From: a virus
Virus record (IMG/VR): IMGVR_UViG_3300032893_000010
Location: 1 to 64,000 of that record
Strand: one strand, 5' to 3'
DNA length: 64,000 nt
Positions 57,147 through 64,000 of the stretch are shown one piece after another (positions within the stretch are counted from its first letter, which is position 1; each line of letters starts with the position of its first letter). The position numbers and the translations under genes were made by a program. The notes under the pieces are model-generated. The model saw only the letters and a program-made list of their open reading frames with translations, was not told the origin of the DNA and made no database searches.

Positions 57147-57422
57147 ATGTCACGTTCAGGAGAATTTGCGGCAGGTGCTAACTCAGGGCCTACAGAGCCT
57201 GCATCGTTACAGCAACGGGCGGCAAGGTTCAACGAGCAGATACCTGGGAAGTTCAAGCCTAATGGCATCAATCAGCAGATAATGCCGTCAGCTGACGGCA
57301 TGTCATCTAAGGATGCGCAGAGACAGACTCCGAGTGGCATGCTTCCCGATTTCCTGAATGGTTCATCTCGGAGTACAGTTAATAAGCTTGTGCCTTCATA
57401 CGGCATGAACCTGGCAATATAG
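57147..57422 (+). CDS. Hypothetical protein
   Basis: 91 aa; MSRSGEF start resembles MSRSQEF at 59445. Confidence 0.5.
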   Translation: MSRSGEFAAGANSGPTEPASLQQRAARFNEQIPGKFKPNGINQQIMPSADGMSSKDAQRQTPSGMLPDFLNGSSRSTVNKLVPSYGMNLAI

Positions 57423-57431
57423 GAGTAAAAA

Positions 57432-57743
57432 ATGAGTTCGGAATTCCCCGCAGTTGGTGATGCAGTCCTGAAGTATGTAGGCGGCGGCAGGACATCTAAG
57501 CCTAGAGGCAAGATGGCAGCTAAGAATACAATGGGCAGAGGATCTTCACCAACGGGAACAACAGGTAAGAGACCTGGATATAAGATTCAGGAAGCAAACG
57601 GTCCCAGATGCTATGTGTCGGCTACTCTTTATAGGCCGAATGCAGCAGAAGCATCAGCACAGCAGCGTAATGTGAGAATAGTTCCCTCTGCCACTGGTTA
57701 TGGTGATTTCTGGAAGAAGCGTCAGTTTGGATCAGTGTATTAA
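57432..57743 (+). CDS. Basic hypothetical protein
   Basis: AGGAG RBS. Confidence 0.55.
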   Translation: MSSEFPAVGDAVLKYVGGGRTSKPRGKMAAKNTMGRGSSPTGTTGKRPGYKIQEANGPRCYVSATLYRPNAAEASAQQRNVRIVPSATGYGDFWKKRQFGSVY

Positions 57744-57956
57744 ATGAAGCATCAGGAAGATCCAGATTACGATGTACAGTTAGGTCGTTCGGGATCATTT
57801 AAAATGTCCGCTGACGCATGGGGTCACTATAGCAGACTTCATTCTGCTATCCGCACTCCAGGTTCTAAGTCTCAAGCATCTAGAGCTATAGTTGGACAGG
57901 AAACATCAAGAGGCGGACTATCTATGAGAGGGCATAGTCGCAGAGGGTTAAATTAG
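57744..57956 (+). CDS. Basic hypothetical protein
   Basis: Abuts both neighbours. Confidence 0.5.
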   Translation: MKHQEDPDYDVQLGRSGSFKMSADAWGHYSRLHSAIRTPGSKSQASRAIVGQETSRGGLSMRGHSRRGLN

Positions 57957-58492
57957 TGTCTGCCTCAGTTTTAAGTTCACAGTTCACATCTAAAAAAGCT
58001 GTAGGAGCAAAGACTGCAAAAGTCTTCAAGAAGAATCCTCCTAAGACTATAGCTGATGCTGTTTATGACCAGTTGACTGAAGATTATCCTAAAGATGCGC
58101 TTAACTGGGTTCATGACATAAAATGGAAAGGCCCAATGGAGGTTCCCTCTACTAAGATTGACATGGCTGACAGGGATAGCTGGAAAGCATCTCATGAGCC
58201 AGAAGTAGTTGATCAATGGAAAAAGAGAATATCCTCTGCTGAGAAAAAAGGCGAACACGTAAAGCCAGTGGTTTTGATTCAGCGAAAAGGTAAGAAGATA
58301 TTTCCTACAGACGGACACCATAGAACTTTAGCCTACTATGAAGAGAACAAGCCAGTGTATGCATGGGTAGGTATGCCAACTAGGACTAAAGGGCCATGGC
58401 TGTCACTTCATGACAAGCAATTCAAGAAAGAATCAGGGCCGCGAAAAGGCGGAAATCCAGGACTTTATCATTACGGAAGAGAACCTAGATGA
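57956..58492 (+). CDS. ParB/Srx-like domain protein
   Basis: KPVVL......DGHHR..AY; N-terminal VLSSQF. Confidence 0.7.
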   Translation: MSASVLSSQFTSKKAVGAKTAKVFKKNPPKTIADAVYDQLTEDYPKDALNWVHDIKWKGPMEVPSTKIDMADRDSWKASHEPEVVDQWKKRISSAEKKGEHVKPVVLIQRKGKKIFPTDGHHRTLAYYEENKPVYAWVGMPTRTKGPWLSLHDKQFKKESGPRKGGNPGLYHYGREPR

Positions 58493-58719
58493 ATTCACAA
58501 TTAGGAAGATTAAGTCATTTTCATGAGGCTGCCACAGCTCATATGTCTAAGCACAGGTCTCAGGGTCCTCCAGGATCTATGGTTTATAATCCTACAAAAC
58601 CTAAAACTGGTGCTCCTGGGAAGCATGCAAGAAACTATGGTGATGCTCAGGTAAGGACTTATGCTGGCCCTGGAAAGCATTCCGCTGGTTATACGGGTAA
58701 GAGAAGAAACCTGAGCTGA
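58489..58719 (+). CDS. Basic GKH-repeat protein
   Basis: PGKH twice, GYTGKRR. Confidence 0.55.
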   Translation: MNSQLGRLSHFHEAATAHMSKHRSQGPPGSMVYNPTKPKTGAPGKHARNYGDAQVRTYAGPGKHSAGYTGKRRNLS

Positions 58720-58835
58720 TGTCTCTTTATGATGTGCTGGCCACTCTTATAATAACTGCGGGAGTGGTATTGTCCGTGGCTATCATAGTGTACGGCTGCG
58801 TTTACTACAACCTGAAAGCTAGGGGAAATGGCTAA
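58719..58835 (+). CDS. Single-TM microprotein
   Basis: MSLYDVLATLIITAGVVLSVAIIVYGCVYY...; TGATG coupled. Confidence 0.45.
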   Translation: MSLYDVLATLIITAGVVLSVAIIVYGCVYYNLKARGNG

Positions 58836-59400
58836 TACTAGCAATTGGTGGGTTCCGTCTCAGCCTTATAATGGTTCTCCAGGCCAGGCTACATATGGTG
58901 GCGGTGGCTCATATAAGTCTGACGTAATACAGTACAGGTCTAATCTAGATGCTGCTAGAGCTGGTCACGGTCAGGTTCCTTTTGCTCAGTATCCTGATGG
59001 TTATCTCGGTTCGCTGTCTCAGGACAGGCGTCAGGATAAGCTCTTAGATGCTGTTCAGAAACAGCTTAACAAGAAGTCATATCAGCGCGGTGTTCATAAA
59101 GGCGAGAAGATTGACAGGTCAGACTATTTCTGGCCAGCAGATTTCAAACCTGACAGGGGGCTTGCCAGGGAAGCCAGGACAGCAGTATTCAACGGGAATA
59201 CCATATCAGTACAGAGGTTTACTCCAAGGGGAAATCCAGTCGAAAGACTGGCTCATCTAGGAAAAACAGCAGGATTGACGCCTCCAGAACAGGAAAACCT
59301 GTATAAGCAGTATGGTGTGAGCATTGCTAAGAATCCTGTGGTTATCTCTGATCCTGACGCTAAAGCCAGGATGCAGAAGATGAGACCGTCATGGGTTTGA
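58828..59400 (+). CDS. Hypothetical protein
   Basis: YPDGYLG...RR.DKLL...SYQRGVHKGE.ID..DY.WP. Confidence 0.6.
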   Translation: MANTSNWWVPSQPYNGSPGQATYGGGGSYKSDVIQYRSNLDAARAGHGQVPFAQYPDGYLGSLSQDRRQDKLLDAVQKQLNKKSYQRGVHKGEKIDRSDYFWPADFKPDRGLAREARTAVFNGNTISVQRFTPRGNPVERLAHLGKTAGLTPPEQENLYKQYGVSIAKNPVVISDPDAKARMQKMRPSWV

Positions 59401-59444
59401 CGGTAGAATAGAAGAGTAAATATGCTATTCAGAGAGGTTTTAAC

Positions 59445-59753
59445 ATGTCAAGATCACAAGAGTTCAATCTTGGGACTTTCAATGCTGGTCATGCTATGCG
59501 TGATTATCACTATCAGGCCATGTCTGGAATACATGCTGACATCTCTCAAAGCCACAGAGACAGAGCGAGGCCATACAGATCAGGTAATCCCAAAGGAAAT
59601 GAACATCTAGCGAAAGCAAAGGCTAGTGAAAAGCAATCTCTAAAATCCGGCAGGAAAAGAGATAAGATAAATGCCAAGTCTCGTAAGATAAAGCCAGCAA
59701 TAATGGAATCACTTCCAAGACCAACTCATCGTAATCTTGCCAATGAAAGTTAA
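59445..59753 (+). CDS. Basic hypothetical protein
   Basis: GAGG RBS; TAGAAT at 59404 upstream. Confidence 0.55.
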   Translation: MSRSQEFNLGTFNAGHAMRDYHYQAMSGIHADISQSHRDRARPYRSGNPKGNEHLAKAKASEKQSLKSGRKRDKINAKSRKIKPAIMESLPRPTHRNLANES

Positions 59754-59762
59754 GGTAACACA

Positions 59763-60113
59763 ATGTCAGCAGCACATAAAAGAGTAGCCAGGGCTCTTAA
59801 GAAGGGTGCGAATCCTATTGCAGGTTTCGGCGCCGTTTCCAGGAGAGCATTAGCTACAAGAAACGGTCCTAAGGCATCTGAGAAGGATCATCTGAGTCCA
59901 GATCTTTTCGGAAAGCACCATGCCTCATCGTACCAGAGTGCACGTAAGAACAATTACGGGTCTATGAGCGATCCATCTACTGGCCGTCATTCGCTGAATA
60001 ACGGACAGGTAGGGAGAAGAGGATCATATTCCAGGGAAAAAGATGTGGCAGGCGCTTACAAGGATATGGTGGGCAGCGGATACACAGGAAAACACCGTAA
60101 GCCAGGTGCGTAA
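59763..60113 (+). CDS. Basic GKH/GRH-repeat protein
   Basis: FGKHH, TGRHS, TGKHR. Confidence 0.55.
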   Translation: MSAAHKRVARALKKGANPIAGFGAVSRRALATRNGPKASEKDHLSPDLFGKHHASSYQSARKNNYGSMSDPSTGRHSLNNGQVGRRGSYSREKDVAGAYKDMVGSGYTGKHRKPGA

Positions 60114-60805
60114 TGACTGTTCCCGATTTCAAGGTTGAAACCAGCCAGGTTATCAAGAAGTCACGTAAGCCAGGTGCCAGGTTCAACGTTTCTGGTAAAG
60201 GCCCGCTGCTTGTTGATTCTTTTTCTGATAAGTCTTCCGGGAAACCTAGATATAGTGTAAGCAGGCACGGAGATACTTTAGGGACTTCTGGGGCGGCATA
60301 CACACCTGAGCATCGTGGCACGCCTCAGACGAGATCAGCAAATGAAAGCACCCAGCCTAAGCAATTCGGAAAGCACAGAGCTTCTGCCGCCGCGAAACCA
60401 TCATATGATTCTTCCAGGGCTAGAGGTCGTCACGCTAAAGGGGCTCACGCTAAGGATTACAACTTTGATGAGGATATGAGTAAGTCCAGAGCGAATACTG
60501 AGTATTCGGGAGCCCACGCTGAGAGAACGCCGAAACCTGAGGGTAAGCACGGGAGGGCGTATAATGCCAGTGCTGAGATATCAAGACATCAGGCAGAGAA
60601 GAGATCTGGTAAGACTTATATCCCCAAGCATACAGCCGAAGGGCAGGCCCAGAGAGCTGAGATAGCAAAGCAGGCAGCAAGACAGGCTTCTATGGGCAAG
60701 CTTCATAAAGGTGTCCACTCATCAGTTCACAAATTTACTCACGTTATCCATGCAGTTCACGGAAAGCACTGGTCTGAGCACATGAGATTGCAGGAGCAGA
60801 AATGA
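60113..60805 (+). CDS. Basic G(K/R/A)H-repeat protein
   Basis: Six G-x-H motifs and a His-rich tail. Confidence 0.55.
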   Translation: MTVPDFKVETSQVIKKSRKPGARFNVSGKGPLLVDSFSDKSSGKPRYSVSRHGDTLGTSGAAYTPEHRGTPQTRSANESTQPKQFGKHRASAAAKPSYDSSRARGRHAKGAHAKDYNFDEDMSKSRANTEYSGAHAERTPKPEGKHGRAYNASAEISRHQAEKRSGKTYIPKHTAEGQAQRAEIAKQAARQASMGKLHKGVHSSVHKFTHVIHAVHGKHWSEHMRLQEQK

Positions 60806-61221
60806 CAGCATCACCATATCTGGGATCAGCTAGTTCTGGAATCAGTGATGCTAAAGTAAAAAGAGCTGGGTCATTGCCGGAAACAAGATATGGTTTCGAT
60901 GTTTATCCATGGTGGAATAACCTCAATGATAAAGTGGCTTATGAGAGGATGTTCGCTGAGGGTCTTCCGCAGAAGATGAGGATCGCTCAGGCTATGATCT
61001 CCCAGAATCCCTTAACACCCAATGATGAGATAAGACAGAATATGACTGTCCGTGGGACAACACCTAAGCAGGGATACCCTATCTCAGAGTTGACAATATC
61101 GCAAGTACTGAACCAGGAGTATCCTGGTCCTCAGGACAGAGTTAATACAACGTTGTGGAATGATTTCTCTGATTCTAACGGGGAGACTAATGCCACAGAA
61201 CGACCAGGAATATTCTTTTAA
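60802..61221 (+). CDS. Hypothetical protein
   Basis: AGGAG RBS, ATGA overlap. Confidence 0.55.
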   Translation: MTASPYLGSASSGISDAKVKRAGSLPETRYGFDVYPWWNNLNDKVAYERMFAEGLPQKMRIAQAMISQNPLTPNDEIRQNMTVRGTTPKQGYPISELTISQVLNQEYPGPQDRVNTTLWNDFSDSNGETNATERPGIFF

Positions 61222-61230
61222 GGATTAGCT

Positions 61231-61476
61231 ATGGCATATCCAGGACACAGATCATGCAACAGTGACATGCGCGCTGGCATGACAGATGGATCGTATAAGA
61301 AGGCCGCTCCTAACAGAGGCGGCGTGGTAGAATCTACTACGTTTGAGATAAGAAGGCAGATGTGCGGAATCTGGCATGGATTCAACGATACACCGATGAA
61401 GGTTCTTCCTGATGGAAGAACTGATCACCCTCCGTATTATGCAGATGTAGCATCAGAAGATGGAAGAGATAATTAA
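61231..61476 (+). CDS. Hypothetical protein
   Basis: RS.N.D...G.TDG.YKK motif; AAGGA RBS. Confidence 0.55.
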   Translation: MAYPGHRSCNSDMRAGMTDGSYKKAAPNRGGVVESTTFEIRRQMCGIWHGFNDTPMKVLPDGRTDHPPYYADVASEDGRDN

Positions 61477-61790
61477 TGAGCGTTATAACAGATTTAGAGC
61501 TAGAATTTGAAGCTTTATACGATAAAGCTAAGGTTGCAGTAGAAGAGGAGCTGGCCAGCCTTCACGTAGAGGCTCAGGCACTTGAGGCTAAGGTTAAGAC
61601 AGAACTTGTGCTGTTGCGTCAGAGAGCTGCTAACCTGGCATCTGATGCAGAAGTGGAAGCTGAGAAACTCGTTATCGAGGCCAAGCTGTTCCTTGACAAG
61701 GTAGTCAAGTGGATAGATGAAATCGAGGGAAAGCTTTCCACGAGAGTCAAGGATTACAATACGGGAGCGAAGTTCGAAGATGAAAGGTAA
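61476..61790 (+). CDS. Coiled-coil protein
   Basis: Heptad Glu/Ala/Leu/Lys pattern. Confidence 0.5.
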   Translation: MSVITDLELEFEALYDKAKVAVEEELASLHVEAQALEAKVKTELVLLRQRAANLASDAEVEAEKLVIEAKLFLDKVVKWIDEIEGKLSTRVKDYNTGAKFEDER

Positions 61791-61989
61791 TCCGGTAAGA
61801 TTGGGTGTTACGATAGGAACAGTCGTTACCCTTATATCTTCAGTGTTCATGTTCATTTTTCACAAGCAGTTGCCATCAGAAGTAGTGGCATTCCTGCCAG
61901 CAATCGTAGCTTTCGTAGGTCACTATCTTGGCGTAAACTTTGCCATGACAAGAGCGGCAAAGCAGCTTATAGAAGAAGATGCTAACTAA
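61780..61989 (+). CDS. Holin-like two-TM protein
   Basis: Two hydrophobic helices after MKGNPVR; charged C-terminus. Confidence 0.5.
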   Translation: MKGNPVRLGVTIGTVVTLISSVFMFIFHKQLPSEVVAFLPAIVAFVGHYLGVNFAMTRAAKQLIEEDAN

Positions 61990-62130
61990 AGAAATAGTAG
62001 AAAAAGCATTAGAGGAATTGTGGAATCCTACTCCACCTTGGCCCGGCAGACCATGTAAACATGTGGTGCTTGGGCCATGTCCTTTATGTAACGAAGAATA
62101 TCGGGAAAATAAAAAATAAAGGAGCATTAA

Positions 62131-62355
62131 ATGACTAAAGAAGATTTAGATAACAGGTTCAAGTTTCATCCTGCTGTTACTGAGGAGAGAAAGACAGCTC
62201 ATGAGACTGTAAGGGAACTAGTAGGAGATTTAGCTTCAGAGCTTAATGATTACCTTCCTGAGGGCAGGGAGAAAGCACTAGTAATTACTAAGCTGGAAGA
62301 GGCAATGTTCTGGTCTAATGCAGCGATTGCAAGACAGGCTGATGAGAGAGTATAA
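62131..62355 (+). CDS. Acb2/Tad1-like protein (candidate immune-signal sponge)
   Basis: F.FH and GREKALVITKLEEAMFWSNAAIAR hairpin motif; AAGGAG RBS. Confidence 0.65.
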   Translation: MTKEDLDNRFKFHPAVTEERKTAHETVRELVGDLASELNDYLPEGREKALVITKLEEAMFWSNAAIARQADERV

Positions 62356-62530
62356 AGAGATAGACATCGTTCTACCAGATGACATTAAGCAGCAAATAAG
62401 AGAGTGGCATGATTCTGATACAGTAGTAGGACTGTGCTGTAATGCTCACGGCGAAGGGCTTAATTGCTGTGTTGATTTCTTACTTGGTGATGCTAGCTGG
62501 AGGAAGGATTTCCTGAAGCAGGATGGATAA
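62342..62530 (+). CDS. Hypothetical protein
   Basis: ATG (MREYKE...) overlaps the previous stop region. Confidence 0.45.
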   Translation: MREYKEIDIVLPDDIKQQIREWHDSDTVVGLCCNAHGEGLNCCVDFLLGDASWRKDFLKQDG

Positions 62531-63038
62531 CAAGGTAAGGTTGCTGATCTGCACTGGCTGTGGTGCCATTGAGGAAATGCCTTCATACGAAGGTCCGTGG
62601 CAGCATGACACATGGCTCAATGAGAAACTTAAGAATCATATGCTGCCATCAGGTGAGAAAACTCACGGCGATGTTCACATAGGCCATGCCGAGCAGAATA
62701 AGTGGATTAACCACAGGGAATCCATAGTTGCCCAGGCAGCTAATGAGTTCACCATGCCAGGGCAAGGAGCAGGACTTGGACAATCATTCTATGACACAAA
62801 ATCAAATTTCTCAGTTGACGCACATAGATGCTGGAAAGATCACGGAAGAACATCAAACTGTGACGATTACAGATCAGATAAGAAACGACTATTACCTGAC
62901 ACAAGGCAGGAAAGAAGAGAACTTGGTATTGATCCGAAGCATAGGCCCAATATATTTCTATGCGACTTCTGCCCCTACAACTCAGTAGTAATGCAACGCC
63001 AGAGACGGGATAAGTTTGATTACGACTATACTACGTGA
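62523..63038 (+). CDS. Zn-binding hypothetical protein
   Basis: IC..C..IEE, C...H.R...C.DY, LCDFCP. Confidence 0.6.
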   Translation: MDNKVRLLICTGCGAIEEMPSYEGPWQHDTWLNEKLKNHMLPSGEKTHGDVHIGHAEQNKWINHRESIVAQAANEFTMPGQGAGLGQSFYDTKSNFSVDAHRCWKDHGRTSNCDDYRSDKKRLLPDTRQERRELGIDPKHRPNIFLCDFCPYNSVVMQRQRRDKFDYDYTT

Positions 63039-63190
63039 TCCGAAGCAAATAGAAAAATATTTAGAAGAATCAAGGAAAAAGCGCATTGCTAGCGGTCAGT
63101 ACGAGCCAGAGCCATATTCAGATTGCAGATTTGAATATTGCAGTTACCCGCCAGGCAAGTGTCCTCATCCAGAATAAGGAGAATTAACAG

Positions 63191-63556
63191 ATGCCAGCAG
63201 TACTTTTAGGCGAGAAAGACGTTACAGAGAACCCTAAGCCAGGATCGGTTGAGTATGAATCGACTACGGTAGACCCTAAGTCACATACTCACAGGTCTGC
63301 TTTCATGATCTTAGTTGACAAGGATGGTAATTACATCCTGGAGACAAATATAAACGTTCCTGTGATACCGGAGAGGAGTCCGACAGGTTCAGAGATCAAA
63401 GGTGCCTTGTCAACTATCCTCATGGATATACAGACACAGGAAACAGCTATCTTGTCTGCTAATGCTGTAGTTGCAGGCATGGAGCAGAGAGCAAGGCAGG
63501 CGTTTGAGCAGCAGCAGAATCAGCAGATTCTACAGCAGATGAGAATGTCTAAGTAA
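63191..63556 (+). CDS. Hypothetical protein
   Basis: AAGGAG RBS; Gln-rich C-terminus. Confidence 0.55.
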   Translation: MPAVLLGEKDVTENPKPGSVEYESTTVDPKSHTHRSAFMILVDKDGNYILETNINVPVIPERSPTGSEIKGALSTILMDIQTQETAILSANAVVAGMEQRARQAFEQQQNQQILQQMRMSK

Positions 63557-63696
63557 GTGTCGGACAAGAAAAAATCTGAAAAAACCGATAAAGATCAGGA
63601 TACTGCTAAAGAAGAAAATAAGGTAGTTACTGTTGGTCCTTACCCGCCAGAAGATTATCCTGAAAACTGGCCTTCTGAGAGAGATGGAAACTCTAA

Positions 63697-64000
63697 GTGG
63701 CGGTATCGTCGGTAGTCATTACCGTGGAAGGGGTATTGAAGAAGCATGTTGCTGACGCCCCTATCCCAGTCGGCATAGCTTTATATCACGGACTGGCTAA
63801 TACTTTCAATGTGCTGCTAGCTGCTGATATGGAAAAGAAAGAACTTGACAGATGGTGTGCTCTGGAGGGATTGAACAAGCACGCCGCAGTTGAGCATAAT
63901 GAGGGAATAATAAAGAGCTTTGATCCTGATTTCAGAAGGTTACAGCAGGTCAAGAATCTCAGGCAGCGAGGGTATAGCATAGATCTTGTTATAGAGCCGA
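63697..64000 (+). CDS. HAD-like hypothetical protein, 3'-truncated by the window edge
   Basis: Open to window end: VVITVEGVL...PI..G..LY..L. Confidence 0.5.
   Translation, partial: MAVSSVVITVEGVLKKHVADAPIPVGIALYHGLANTFNVLLAADMEKKELDRWCALEGLNKHAAVEHNEGIIKSFDPDFRRLQQVKNLRQRGYSIDLVIEP

Noticed and set aside
3198-63980. All minus-strand ORFs in the track
   Set aside because: They are antisense shadows of well-supported + strand genes, with no recognisable motifs.
1-64000. tRNA genes, terminase, integrase
   Set aside because: No convincing cloverleaf or signature motifs were found by eye; tRNAscan-SE and HMM searches would be needed. The terminase is probably outside the window.

Overview
A 64-kb segment of a tailed dsDNA phage with a contractile (myovirus/eCIS-like) tail. 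The host is probably actinobacterial, judged from WhiB, an actinobacterial-type lytic transglycosylase domain and a likely leaderless gene. Essentially all genes are on the + strand. Layout: ~1-38.6 kb virion module (decoration/fibre proteins, intein-containing portal, scaffold, N4-gp56-type major capsid, neck, sheath, tube, chaperone, tape measure with NlpC/P60 and SLT domains, baseplate, carbohydrate-binding fibres); ~38.7-57 kb early/replication module behind two sigma70/HrdB-type promoters (DnaB, primase, adenine MTase, SNF2 helicase with a class-3 intein, SSB, family-A polymerase, RecA, WhiB, Cas4-like nuclease, resolvases, SpoVS); ~57-64 kb small basic proteins, a ParB-like protein and an Acb2/Tad1-like protein. 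No terminase, integrase, tRNA or CRISPR array was seen. The main signals lie below the 60-aa ORF cutoff: (1) seven dispersed, translationally coupled microproteins sharing CxCxCxxC-x(4-11)-HC-x6-C(H/L), in tandem arrays at three loci; (2) a portal gene apparently split by 5 extra nucleotides that create a TTGA start/stop overlap; (3) decayed homing-endonuclease remnants that duplicate the N-terminus of the gene they precede; (4) two TFIIS-like zinc-ribbon microproteins as the first genes after an early promoter; (5) a shared N-terminal L-x(2-3)-QF motif on unrelated small proteins, possibly a capsid-targeting signal. All family assignments come from motif recognition by eye; no searches were run.
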